Shown here piece by piece: positions 37,826-49,928 of a stretch of 64,000 bases of DNA. The notes under the pieces are model-generated. The model ran no database searches and was not told where the DNA came from. It saw only the letters and a list, made by a program, of their open reading frames with translations. Source of the stretch: Schizochytrium sp. TIO01 (lineage: Eukaryota; Protista; Bigyra: Labyrinthulomycetes); assembly GCA_004764695.1 (NCBI GenBank), contig SMSO01000031.1:8352761-8416760 (forward strand). The letters are read 5' to 3'. A program made the position numbers and the translations under genes. Within the stretch, counting starts at the first letter, position 1; each line of letters starts with the position of its first letter.

Positions 37826-38854
37826 TCTTTTTTTTAATTTCGTGAAAATTTCCTCCTATTATGTCGCTCTTAGCACTTGGCTAAGAGAAGCCTACTATTG
37901 CTAGGCAGTGTTAGGGGAATAATATACTACTTACCTTTCCTTAACTAGGCAAGCATTGCATTTTGCAACATTTTTTTTCGCAAGTTCTTTTTTAAAACAC
38001 AGCCTAGTAATTTGAAGGTATCGGTAGGTACCTACTTGCCTTGGAATCTGGGCTGATTTTATTTTGTAGGTAGGCAGCTAGTCTGGTTGAAGTAAAGTGG
38101 TAGATGAGAACAATACTGCATTTGTAGGTAAGGACTTAAGTTTTGATCGAAGTAAAAACATTAACTAATGAGAGTGATAATTGTAAAAAGCTAGCGTAGC
38201 AGGCACGTAGGAAGTAGGTTCATATACATACACTAGGCAGAGTTAAGCAATGAGGTAAGGTGTGTAAGCTTAGGAGGTTAAGGTATAAACTCAACCAATC
38301 ACTCATAACCTCTGAGGGAGTGAGCTTGCCTAGCTATGTAATAGCAATAGGGTCTAGGTAACGCAAAATCTGCACTGACTTCAAAACCTGCATCTCTAGA
38401 GTTAGGTAGAAACCTACGTACTACTAAACTTAGAATTAATAAGTATTCAGCAGTGCAAAATCTGCAAGGATTTTATGGGGGGGGTAAAGGAAAAGAAAAA
38501 AGCGCGCGCCGTGGTGGACTCTCAGGATCTTGATTTCATCATATGAAGGTGTGACAGGCACTACTAGTACTAGGTATTATCTTTTAACCCCTTGGCACTG
38601 CTCCTGAGTATTGTTTTTCTTCAGTCTTCATAGGTTGTGTACTAGTATATGTGAGTGCTACTTTCAAGTTCGCGGCTCCTGAAAGTAAAACTTTTTTTGC
38701 AGACCGATAACAGTAGCTATGCAAATATGTACCTGCTAAGAGTATTACGAACTACGATCTCATCTAAGCGCGTGCAGCAAACTTGAATCAGGCTACCTGA
38801 GAAGAAGGTCTGACACTTTTCACGGCGTCACACTATCGGCTTTGGCGAGAAATT

Positions 38855-41800
38855 ATGGCTCCCGAAGAAAAGGCCAAGCAGAAACATGCCCGTTTCACCA
38901 GTGACGTTGATGCAGAAGAAAGTGATCGCTTGTCACCGAAGCGGCCTCGTACGAATTCTTCAGATGATAGTGAACGTATCCTTTACGTTGTCGTGCATGA
39001 TAATAATCAGAATGCCCGTGAGAAAGTCCAAAAGTGCATAAAAGCACTTCAAAACGGACTTCAAAGATTTTATGGAGATAGGCCCTATGAGTTAAAGTGT
39101 TGGCCTGACTGTGAAGATGATGCGAGCAGTGAAAATGACGCTCGCACATTTGCACGCAACGCACGAGCAGGAATTGTCTTAGTTAGCAAAGTTATGTTTG
39201 AAGAGGACTGGTGTGGACAAAACAAAGCTTTTGAAATTCTTATGAAAGGAGTCGAGAGGACCATGTTCCCTGTTGTGATTGAAGATGGCTGTGACCAGCT
39301 CCTAAATACACTTGGAATTTATATGTGCGATGACATCCGTTACTACCTCAAGTCTGAGGCAGACTTCGTACCTGGTAAAGTTGATGCTATAGTAAAATAT
39401 CTTACGTCGAGAGGCGTAGACAAAGGTCCTCCGGAAATCAAAGATGTATTTCTATCTCATGAGTGGGGTGAACAACGGGCTGTTCATGAGCGTGTAGTAG
39501 AGTTGAACCGTCAGCTAAAGAAGTATGGTGTAAAGACTTGGCTTGACGAAGATGAGGTTGATGGCCTCGTAAACAGTTCCATGGCAAGAGGCATTGACCA
39601 GTCCAGAATTTTTCTTGTTGTTGCAACACAACGCTACATGGACAAAATTAACAGTGGAAATAAAGCTGATAATTGCTTAAAGGAGTTTGAATACGGCATG
39701 AGTAGACGCTTTGAGCACACAGTAGTGATCGCATTTGAAGAGAAAATGAATAACCGTACAAATTGGGAGAACTCGTTTGGGTTGCGCCTCTCCAAGACCA
39801 ACCCAATTAACATGACTGTTATCAATGATTCGTCTGTGCGACAACTTGCTGAAACAATCAGGTTGTACCAAGCAATGCCTGCAGCAGACTTTGTTCAATC
39901 TCCGGCTATGAGAGAATTGTGGATGAAGCTGCATCCCTGTGATTCTAAATTCTGGATAGAAGAGAAAGCGAATAAATTCGCCGAAGACACTCGTATTGAA
40001 TTTTTCCAAGAAGTGGCCTCCTGGATCAGAGAGACCACCAGTACGCCTAAAGTTTTTGTTTTTAGAGGGGTTGCAGGAATAGGGAAAAGTGTCGCTCTGG
40101 CGCACCTGTGCATGCAGCACTCAAGTGAGGGATGCGAAAATGACTTTATTGCTGCATCTCACTTTTTCCGCTATGGTAGTTCCATCTACAGCAGTGCTGA
40201 AGAAGCCCTTTTTAGTATCATCTGGCAGCTTAGCAAATCACTCAAAGATGAAAAATCGAGTTTTGCAGACTTCTTCAAAGTAAACAATGCTCCTTACAGG
40301 TCGGAACGCGAACCGGACCTTTCTATGTTGTTTAAATGCTATATCATAAAGTCTGCGCAAGAATATGAGAGGAGGTACAAAGAGCATTACCAAACAAGTC
40401 CACCAAAAAAATTGATTGTCTTGGATGCTGTCGATGAATGCACCGAGGCTGAAAAGTTCATTAATCTTCTCTTAGATGACCCCCAATGGCCGAGCTGGCT
40501 TCTTGTCATCATTAGTTCCCAGCCTGACCAAAAATGTGCCAGATTATGGAATCGACTTGAGCCAAGGGTAAGTGTTTTCGAACCTAATGCCGAACACAAT
40601 GATCGGGATGTACGCTTGTATTTGTCCCATGCGTTTTCGCATCGTCCCAATCCTCTCAGTATTGATGATGACGTTATGAACGAGCTGGTTACACGTTCAA
40701 ACGGCTCGTTTCTATATGCTAGCTTTCTCCCTGATCTTGTAGAGAGAGTCATTAAGGATCGAGAAGGTGAAGATGGTCCTCGGCTTTCTGTACACAGGAT
40801 TAGTCAGTACCAAGGTTTTTTCCCTCCTGGCCTTGATACTATGCTGAGGATATATTTTGAGCGATTTCACCAATGTCTTGAAGAAAGGGGTGAAGGCTCT
40901 TATCGGAGACTTCTTCAACCCGTGGTGGTCGCGCGAGAGCCAATGAGTGTCGACATAGTGGCTAAATTTCTCCCCAGAAATATATCCGATCCTTCTGATT
41001 TTCTGGAGACTCATGCTCAAAATATTTTGTGCCTAACATCAATGCACCATGCAAACATAAGCCAAGGAAATGACAAAGAGGTTACTCTTTGCCACAAATG
41101 GATGTACGAATGGCTTCGGACACTTCAGAACAAAGATCTTTCACTTAACCAGAAAGAAGGGCACCAACAACTAGCGAACTACTGCAAGGAGTTTCCGTCC
41201 TCAAGTTTTTCTTTTAAGCATCGGGTTTTTCATCTCGTCAATTCCAACAATGTCAACGATGCCATCGCACTTCTTGATAACTACACATGGCTCAATGAAG
41301 CTATCTCAAGCCAAAATTTTACATCGTTGGAACGAAAACAGTACATCCGAAAGCTCGTTTGGGATTGTGTTCGGTTGGAAATTTTTGGTAGTAGCCATGG
41401 AGCGAGGCTTCTCAGCAAAACTACTTTAATCTTGTCTCAAAACCCAAACGAACTAGCTGCGCAAATAATCGCCCGTCTACCTGAAGAAGATACAAGTTTA
41501 CCGCTCTACCAAAGCCTAGTATTACCCGACTTACCATGGATTAGACCTGTTAGAGTATCGGTAAAGCCATTGAGTAATTCACAAGCTCCTTCCCGTGAGA
41601 AGCACAGTAAAGTTGTGTTAAGCCTAACAGCAAATGTTGCTAAAAGTATGATCATATCCACTGCTTCATCAGACAGCACCTTACGTGTCTGGGATGTAAG
41701 AACAGGCAAGTGCTTACATATTCTAGAAGGACACGACACGAACAAAGAGATATACTCCGTAGCATTTGTGGGTAACCAAATCTATTCAACGTCGTCTGAC

Positions 41801-42517
41801 GGTACAGCACGTATATGGGATGCCGAAACTGGGACTGAGATGACGTGCTTACGAGGTCATTCACAAAATGTTTATTGCGTAGCAGTTGAGGGGGGCGTGG
41901 TCGTGACAGGGTCCTCCGACTGCTCGGCACGAGTCTGGGATAGCCTTCAAGGGATCGAGCTTCATAAGCTTGAAGAACATAATATGGCTGTCAGGTGTGT
42001 GGCAATTCAACACAAGCTAATTGCTACCGGATCCGAGGACCAAACCATTGCTTTGTGGGATGCTCGGTCTGGAGAATTGATTCGAAAAATGGAGGGCCAC
42101 AAGGCAAGAATCAACACTGTTGCACTCAATGATGGCACTCTTACTTCTGGCTCTGCTGATGGAGAGGTGTTTGTATGGAATCCCTACACTGGTAGAATCC
42201 TTCATGAGATTCAAGGTCATAATTATGCTATTCGCTCCCTTTCCATTCGCGATAGTACTATACTATCTTGCGATTACGAAGGCGTAATACATTCGTGGGA
42301 TATTTCTGGCAACAAATATGTTGAGCGTATACAGGAAATCACAAAATTGAATGACTCTTCCTTTCCTCATGAAGGGCGTTGTGTAGGTTTACCAGGGTCA
42401 AAAACAGCCTTTACAATAGACAGCAAGATCATGGTGTGCCAGGTTGTTGGTACGCATATAGTAGCTGGTGACTACGATGGAAATGTCCACTTCTTTGAGT
42501 TTTGCAAAGACTCCTGA
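38855..42517 (+). CDS. TIR - NACHT (STAND NTPase) - WD40 repeat protein, NLR/HET-E-like
   Basis: 1220-aa intronless ORF; TIR motifs KDVFLSHEWG, TWLDE, MARGIDQSRIFLVV, NCLKEFEY; Walker A GVAGIGKS; Walker B LIVLDAVDE; ~6-7 GH..WD repeats at the C-terminus. Confidence 0.92.
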   Translation: MAPEEKAKQKHARFTSDVDAEESDRLSPKRPRTNSSDDSERILYVVVHDNNQNAREKVQKCIKALQNGLQRFYGDRPYELKCWPDCEDDASSENDARTFARNARAGIVLVSKVMFEEDWCGQNKAFEILMKGVERTMFPVVIEDGCDQLLNTLGIYMCDDIRYYLKSEADFVPGKVDAIVKYLTSRGVDKGPPEIKDVFLSHEWGEQRAVHERVVELNRQLKKYGVKTWLDEDEVDGLVNSSMARGIDQSRIFLVVATQRYMDKINSGNKADNCLKEFEYGMSRRFEHTVVIAFEEKMNNRTNWENSFGLRLSKTNPINMTVINDSSVRQLAETIRLYQAMPAADFVQSPAMRELWMKLHPCDSKFWIEEKANKFAEDTRIEFFQEVASWIRETTSTPKVFVFRGVAGIGKSVALAHLCMQHSSEGCENDFIAASHFFRYGSSIYSSAEEALFSIIWQLSKSLKDEKSSFADFFKVNNAPYRSEREPDLSMLFKCYIIKSAQEYERRYKEHYQTSPPKKLIVLDAVDECTEAEKFINLLLDDPQWPSWLLVIISSQPDQKCARLWNRLEPRVSVFEPNAEHNDRDVRLYLSHAFSHRPNPLSIDDDVMNELVTRSNGSFLYASFLPDLVERVIKDREGEDGPRLSVHRISQYQGFFPPGLDTMLRIYFERFHQCLEERGEGSYRRLLQPVVVAREPMSVDIVAKFLPRNISDPSDFLETHAQNILCLTSMHHANISQGNDKEVTLCHKWMYEWLRTLQNKDLSLNQKEGHQQLANYCKEFPSSSFSFKHRVFHLVNSNNVNDAIALLDNYTWLNEAISSQNFTSLERKQYIRKLVWDCVRLEIFGSSHGARLLSKTTLILSQNPNELAAQIIARLPEEDTSLPLYQSLVLPDLPWIRPVRVSVKPLSNSQAPSREKHSKVVLSLTANVAKSMIISTASSDSTLRVWDVRTGKCLHILEGHDTNKEIYSVAFVGNQIYSTSSDGTARIWDAETGTEMTCLRGHSQNVYCVAVEGGVVVTGSSDCSARVWDSLQGIELHKLEEHNMAVRCVAIQHKLIATGSEDQTIALWDARSGELIRKMEGHKARINTVALNDGTLTSGSADGEVFVWNPYTGRILHEIQGHNYAIRSLSIRDSTILSCDYEGVIHSWDISGNKYVERIQEITKLNDSSFPHEGRCVGLPGSKTAFTIDSKIMVCQVVGTHIVAGDYDGNVHFFEFCKDS

Positions 42518-45500
42518 CAAAAATTGCCTTAAAAGGGTTGTACGTGCAAAGTCCTCCCTCCAATCTCATTATCATTGTTAAGCAAAGTTACAAAACTTCC
42601 TCTACCACGAGTGCTTCTGTGGCATGCAATCATAGTTCGCTATGTCTTACGCTATGGTTCTAGAATGCAATAGTCGTGGATTAGCATTCACATCTCTATG
42701 TAGGCTCAAAGAACAGAGCTCCATCCAAGTCAAGGAAATTCAAACGCTCAAATTCTTTTTTAGTACTTATCATTTAGTCCTAAAGTGTCAAAGTATCGTT
42801 TCATATTTCAAATTACTTCGTTCCCCCTTGAAGTAAATATACAAATCCCTCAGTTTATTGTTCGATGCCGTTCCTGGGCAAACCTCTGATTTCCACTCAG
42901 GAAGACCTGCAAACAGCAAACATTTGTTGAGATGAGTAACAAAACACCCTACGGTCCTGTGGCCGCTTATTTCAAGGCAATCAATTCAAGTTAAAGCTAG
43001 AAGCACGGCAACAATGCTGGTCTCTTCTTTTCTTCTGCTAGTCTGCCAAACAAAAGACTATTACATTTGATGACGGTTCTAAATATACTCTTAGTTTTTA
43101 AACTACAAAATTTGCAAAACTTGCATTTCATAGTAGGGCTAAGACCCGATCGCGGATTAGTTAGACTAACCCGCGACTCAATGAAATGATTTTTTTTTTT
43201 AAATCATGTCCTTGGATAGGTAGCGTAAAAGGATGCCTATGGCGGCATGGACATCACGGTCTGCTAAATATACTGTTCGGAAAACTCGAAATATTCAGTA
43301 GGTAGGTCTCTCTATAGAATTATCCTACTAGTAGTAGGTACGTAGTTGCAAGATGGAACATTAAGCAAAAACCCACAAAAACTATACCAAATTATGAGCG
43401 AATTGCTTCAAGCGAGTAGCAATCCCCAAGTCAATCAACACATTGTGAAAGTATAATGTACAATAGTTTTCAAACCCGACATCCTGATTATTGAACACAG
43501 ATCACGAAGTTGGGCCTACTACAATATAAATAGAATTACGAGTTTCCAAGCTCATCACACTACTACTACCTAAGTACTACTGAATATTTTCTATGTCACC
43601 ATGGTACATCATCATCATCATAGAGATTTGGATAAGAAACATAGCTATTAGACAGTACTAATACTAGGCCTAATCTTATTACTACTCTGTAGACACTATT
43701 ATAATAAGAAACTAACCACTTTCACAAGTCAAACGCCATTGGCTCTTTAGCGTGGGTGGGTAAAAGCTCAAGCCAAAATAATCAACCATTGCATGGACCT
43801 CGTCTGTCAGGTCTGTCAGCAAAGTAAACGAAGGAAGAAAGTTGATAAACTTGGCACTCTGGCTGCTTCTTCTTGAAAACAACATTCGGCAAGTTAAACA
43901 GCTCAGCTAAAGGTACTTGACAATTGATTACCATCGACGGACCCACGTTCTCAACCAGTTTAATTAAGGCTCCTACTTGTTGGCCTATGATGTCACCCCA
44001 CGATAGAACATTTTACCTTTTGCATTACAGCGGCAAGTAAAGCTACCTAGGTAGCTTTTCAACCTATTCAAAATAGCACACATTGAAAACGAACAGGACA
44101 CGTTCTACAAATTGATACCACCATGGTGGCTAGAGCTGAGAGAATGCTGCTATGGTATGTTCATGATCTGGTATCAATTTCTCATGAATTTTCACCTCAC
44201 GAGAAAAGACTGCTCGTAGGCTTTGACAACTGCCAAATAGCACAGTGGAGTAGGCCCCAAGGTCTGGCAGTCGACCCGGGTAGGTTCAAACGTGTTGAAT
44301 TGAAAGTTACGTTCCAGCCGTCCCAATCGATTATCTAGTCAGATTGTCAACTCATAGGCCCTATGCGCAGTTGAAGAAAGGAGCAGTTTAGAGCCTATTT
44401 TTCAGATATGCACTAATGGTGCTCTCTCGAATATGTTCCTTGAAGATTCGGGAACCCAGGCGGCCGAAGGTAATGATTTATGTGCCCTCGAAGAGTTTTA
44501 AGGCATAGGCACAACTTAAATGTGGCCAAAATCTGCACCCATTGCTTGCTCATCCTCAGCCTGACCAGCGATTTATGGAAATGGTAGGGGAAGTGAAAGT
44601 TGGTACTATGTAGTATTATTTAGGTATTAGATACTGTGAAATGAAACAGATAACGAACAAGCGAGCACGTTATAAAAGGAGGAAGAGGAGGAGAAGAAGA
44701 ATAAGAAGAAGAGACAAACAAGTCTGGAGTCTTACACCCTCGCTGAGGTGAAGCGAAACAACGACTAATTATGTTGGGCAAAATATTTCCGTACTATTTA
44801 AAAGAAAAAAATCGTCAACGGTTTGTATAATCTGTGATTGAATTCTTAATTAGAGAAGCACAACGTTGAACCCTATCTTCAGTTTTTGTGTTGCTAACTA
44901 TAGTGGTGGTGAGTCAACACGATATCTCTTATCACGAGGTAGACTGTTCAATCTCAAAGAGACATTTTCCTTTCCTAGTCGAAAAAAGGAAAACAGAAAG
45001 AAAAGCAGTGCTACCGCTGTGACTGTAGGTTGTATTGTCATGCGTTAACGCAAAGTGTAGCAAAAAAAAACACAAGAGAGACACAAGACACCCAAGATTT
45101 CTGTCCTGCTCGTATCGCTTGCCAGTTTAAACACTCTTAGTAGTTGGCAAGCAGGCCAGAGTGTGGATCAACTGGTGACTTGTTCAATTGACTTTATCAT
45201 AATTATTATATTTTTACCTATATGCGGTGGATCAGAACTGACCCATCTTGCTATGCGTAATTCACCTAATTTATTTTGCGCGAGATTGCTGGTAGTGGAC
45301 AGAGATGGCGAGTGTGCGCCACAGCTAAGTCTCTGCACAAATGCAGAGTCGATCTCCGTCGCGCCCAATGCTACAGAAGATACCAACATTAATTCATGAA
45401 GAGAGCCGCTCTGTTTCAGAAAGCGTACTCCATGAAGAAGGAAGCCACCTATTCACTCAACTGAATTGTGCACCTCAACGTGGCGGGTCGGATTATTTTG

Positions 45501-45886
45501 AAAACATACAGAACGGTGATAAATGCACAAACGTTCGATTTGCTAAGAGTGTGACGATATCAACAAGCTGCCAACTTGCCTGTTAGACGGTGTTGTGACT
45601 TGCAGCTGGACCACAATTCCCAACGGAACTTAGGCCTATAAATAAAAGCAGCTAGCCAATTCAAGAATAGAACTAATTGTGTTTAGTGCGCCTGTATAGA
45701 GGATAAAGTCAATGGGCTCATCGCCTTTTCGTCTCGGGAAGAGCACTTAAGGACTCAAGCTTGAGCGTCAATTTGCTGACGCTTATGTAAAGTATTCCAA
45801 TTTAATGCTTTCGGGAGAAATTAATTTAATTTCTTAAAAGTACCTGGACCAGAGGAAAAGTTTGACAAAAGGAAACTTATAGGTAG

Positions 45887-45985
45887 AAAAGAAAACCCTG
45901 AGCAAATAAAAAGAAAACCCTGAGCAAAATAAAAAGAAAACCCTGAGCAAAATAAAAAGAAAACCCTGAGCAAAATAAAAAGAAA
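45887..45985. repeat. 23-bp minisatellite AAAAAGAAAACCCTGAGCAAAAT, ~4 copies
   Basis: Direct tandem copies with no spacers. Confidence 0.9.
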
Positions 45986-46700
45986 TGGACAAGGGGTGGT
46001 CCGCCAGAGTGGAAGAATGTTCGCCTGACAAATGTGGAAGCCCTTGACATGCTGAATTGGCTGTAACAGAATCCCCAGGGCGCTAAACTTAACTTCAAAA
46101 CAAAACTCGAAAAGACTTCAAGTTGTCGGCTTCTTCTTTAACAAAACCTAAGTTTTAAAGCGATATGCAACAGCATCGCATCTCCTTTTCGTTCCCTAAT
46201 TTGTAAAAAATGTGGATATACGTTGCTAAGAAAAAATCATGACTTCAAGCTGGATTGCGAAGTGAAAGACCAAAATAATTCAGCTGGACACTAGCGCGAT
46301 TATTTAACATTAGACTCCAAGCTAGAGTAGTAACTTTGAGAAAAGCCAATAACTTTGAAAACGGTCTAGCAGGTTTTAAAAAACTAAGAAAAAAGTACCC
46401 CTACCCACTGATAATTTAATTTAATTTATTTAAAAAAAAGTAATAAGAACAAAAAAAATAAAGCCTACTTGACGACAAGAATGTGGAAGGTAAGGAGGTC
46501 TTTCAAGAATGAGAAAAAAAAGTGGGCAGAAATTTAAATGGTTGATTCTCAACAGCTAGGGCAAATGAAATTTTTGAGCAAAAGTTATCATGATAATTTG
46601 TGAAGAATGATGTAACGATCACCAAATCCAAAACTCAAGGAAATTTGAAAGAGTGGCAAGGACCTACGTATCACACACTGCGCACTACGTACTGGGCAAA

Positions 46701-48290
46701 ATGCGCTCTGGTCAAAGCTCTGCTCTTGCTTGGGCAGTAGGAGTGCTTGCCTTACTCCTTCCTAACGATTCACGAGGTCAGGTTGCAAGTACAGGCGCTG
46801 GAGATGACTACGCGAAGACATCGTTTGTAGATCTGAACAAAATCGCAAAGCAATCAGCTCTTTATGTGAGTGCATTTGCTTATGAGCTTATTGATGGCAC
46901 AATCGATTTTGATGTTGAGGAGAGCGTGTTGATGAACTTGGTATCTACAAATGTCCTGCTTGATGAGGATGTATACGGAAGTGCCATTGCATTTCAACCA
47001 AACATGTATAGAAATAAAAGCTTGTATTGCCCTTACGCATACAATTGTACTGGGTCCACGGTGTCAACATGTCAAACAATGGATCTTGTGGTAGCCTATA
47101 ACTATACAGTGGAGGGTACAGATTGGTATTTGCAACCTGAAACAAACTTCAATATTGACGTGAGTACAAACATCGAGGGAGTTGATCATGAAGGGTATTG
47201 GACATCCCCGTACTTTGATGCAGGTGCAGGCAACGTCAATATGGTAACATTTTCGTACCCGATTAGCTTTCAGTCAACCTTCCTCGGTGTGGCAACGATT
47301 GATATCCTCGTAGACAAGCTATGCTACGGCAGTCAATGCGAAGAACACCTCAAACTTCTTGCTCGCATGAAAAACCTCTGCTATGGCCTAGGTAGCGTTA
47401 ACCTGTTCATTGCGCTAGGTACACTTATCTGGACAGTTCTTGCTCGAAAGAACATTATCGTCAAGGCATCACAGGTACCATTCCTCATGCTCACCTCCGT
47501 TGGAACCCTAGCTTCGACCATGTCCATTTTTCTTTTTACAGTTGAGTCTACTGAGGCAGCAGCTTGTCAGGGCTGGATTTGGACCTACTCCTTCGGGTGG
47601 ATGCTACAGATGGCCCCCCTTGTTGGCAAGATGAAGCGCTGCCATGAAGTATTTAACAATACACTCGCAGGAAAGAATAGTGGAAACGGCCGAAAAGGAA
47701 ACAAGAATGCTAGCATTGCACGGACTTCCCTCCTGATCTTTGCCCTCGTTCTTATCGATGCTATTCTCCTCCTGGCGTGGTCTGTAAAGGCCCCACTCAG
47801 TTATGTGGCGTCCACCGACGGTCTTGAAGGTTCCTGTACTAGCAGTGACGCAACTCCATTTCTTCTCCTCGTCCTGTTGTATCATCTTGCGGTCTTGTTT
47901 TACGGAAGTATCATGGCATACAAGGTCAGAAATGTCTCCACAGTGTTTGCTGAGTCACGCTACATTTCCATGGCAATCTTTTCTAATTTGCAAGTTCTTC
48001 TTTTGGGGGCCTGCGTACTCTTGCTTGTGTTTGATGACCCTGTGAATGGCCTTTTTCTGCGTGCTGGTATTGTCTTTCTCAATGATCTCTCAGTGCAAGC
48101 CCTGCTCTTTGGACCGAAACTCTACTACTGGGCGACAAATTCTGTGCCCAATGATGGAAAAGTTGGTACTGATATCCTTGCTGGCGCACGAGCTAAAAAG
48201 TCTAGCAAGGTAGAAGCTGGAAGCCGATACACTCCATCTGCAACAAGCACTGTAACAAATATTACAAGCAAGGTTCACCGTTCCCACTAG
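46701..48290 (+). CDS. Class C (GABA-B/GPR158-like) GPCR with extracellular Cache domain
   Basis: Signal peptide from ATG 46701; Cache-like AIAFQP, YCPYAY, DWY, YWTSPYFDAG, MVTFSYPI, FLGVATIDI; 7TM_3-like IVKASQVPFL, AYKVRNVSTVFAESRYI, LFGPK. Confidence 0.88.
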   Translation: MRSGQSSALAWAVGVLALLLPNDSRGQVASTGAGDDYAKTSFVDLNKIAKQSALYVSAFAYELIDGTIDFDVEESVLMNLVSTNVLLDEDVYGSAIAFQPNMYRNKSLYCPYAYNCTGSTVSTCQTMDLVVAYNYTVEGTDWYLQPETNFNIDVSTNIEGVDHEGYWTSPYFDAGAGNVNMVTFSYPISFQSTFLGVATIDILVDKLCYGSQCEEHLKLLARMKNLCYGLGSVNLFIALGTLIWTVLARKNIIVKASQVPFLMLTSVGTLASTMSIFLFTVESTEAAACQGWIWTYSFGWMLQMAPLVGKMKRCHEVFNNTLAGKNSGNGRKGNKNASIARTSLLIFALVLIDAILLLAWSVKAPLSYVASTDGLEGSCTSSDATPFLLLVLLYHLAVLFYGSIMAYKVRNVSTVFAESRYISMAIFSNLQVLLLGACVLLLVFDDPVNGLFLRAGIVFLNDLSVQALLFGPKLYYWATNSVPNDGKVGTDILAGARAKKSSKVEAGSRYTPSATSTVTNITSKVHRSH

Positions 48291-49928
48291 CGATAAGTAA
48301 ATACTTAAAGAAATAAAACACTCGTTCTGTACATACGCAGCATTCCGCACTGCTTTTGTGATTTTCTATTTTGCTCACACTGTATTACGATGGACAGAAC
48401 TAAGGAAAAATTGAAGACCACATCCCACACTCACCCCAAGGCCTTTGTGATTTCTTCGTTCACTTGATCCTTCATTAAGTGGTCTCCAAGGTCCAAAGTG
48501 GCGTGTGTTTTCCCTTGCGACTATTTCGCATCACTGGCACCTCGATCCCGGTATTTTCACTGACGGTTCCACTCGTTCTGGTCGGTTCATTACGAACGCA
48601 CACATGAAGTGAGGCATAACTCGGTTGCCTCAGTAGAGTATCATGATCTCTTTTCATGAATTTCTAATTCCTGGAACCAATAAGAACAAGGTTAGATTTC
48701 AATTTTAACCCACTCTCATCTTTTCTTTTCTTTTCTTTTCTTTTTTCCGTAAAAAAGAGAGCAAAAGAAGAACCGCGACCGCATTAGCCGCCATTGGCCA
48801 ATTCTTGATCGGTTTGGCCCCCTTTCCACACTCACATAGCCCCCTTAAATTGGATGTGTCGTTGTACGGCACAGGCTACTAAAAAGACAGAACCGCAAGA
48901 CATCCCGATTCTCTTTCAGTGTGGTTCAGCTGTAGATGCCAATCTTATGCCAAGCGCGAGCAACGATTCAAGGTTTGTTTTCAACACTTCGTTCTTGAAC
49001 TCAAGCTTGCCTAGCTAGAGGGGCTGACCGACCGCCTTCTTTCCATAGTCACTTCTTCGAAGGAGCGAATCTGCTCACTGATCTCCGTAAACTTCGTCAG
49101 AACAATAGCCAGCAGGCAGCTCAGCTATAGAGTTATGTCTTCACATAAGCTTGAATCACAAAATAATGTACCTTGTTCACGTTGGCGCCTAGGTTCCTAC
49201 GTCTTTGGGACTTTGGGCCAAACTTTTGGCAACCAAACTTATCACAATCATAATACACAGTTCCTACTACCACAAGTAGGGTTCTGCATAACTAGATTAC
49301 ACAGGTTTGAGGAACAGTCGTATTGGAAACGCCGGGAATAAGAACACTATCAAACCTAACCAATCCTCCATGAAACCTAACCGAATCCTCGCCGCGGTGT
49401 GAGTCTGCATGGCTGCCAGGAGAGGCAAGAAGAGGAGATAGGAGGAGGAGTAGAGAGCCAAGTCCGCGGTAAGTATCTGCTCGCTCGCGCGCGTGCTGGG
49501 GCTGGGAGGGCACGGGTCGCCTCCAGGGCGCTGTTAACCTGAATGTTCCGATGTTATTAGCGCGCCTTTGGGTTGGAAAGCCGCCCAGAACACCTGCGGC
49601 GGCCGGTTGGTCATCATTGCGGTCAAGCTAACCTTTGCTTTCTTTGACGTGTGCTTTTTCTCCTTGCTGTGCTTCTGGGTATTCGCTCGTGTTGGTCTTC
49701 GTTTTGGTCTTCGTCTTGGCCTTGGTTTTGAACTCAACCTTTGCTGATGCCTTCGGTTTCGTCTCTTTGTGGCTGTGTGGATATTCTTCGATTCTCTTGT
49801 GCTTCTTGTTTGCGGTTGTAATCAATATGGGATGTTGCTGATGGGGCAATGCAATCGACTGGGTACGCTTGTTGGGTTTCTTTTGGGTCTGTAGCGGAGA
49901 TACGAATCGCCACAGTCCAGTCGCCACG

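Noticed and set aside
45887-45985. Short repeats as a possible CRISPR array
   Set aside because: No spacers, no cas genes, eukaryotic context
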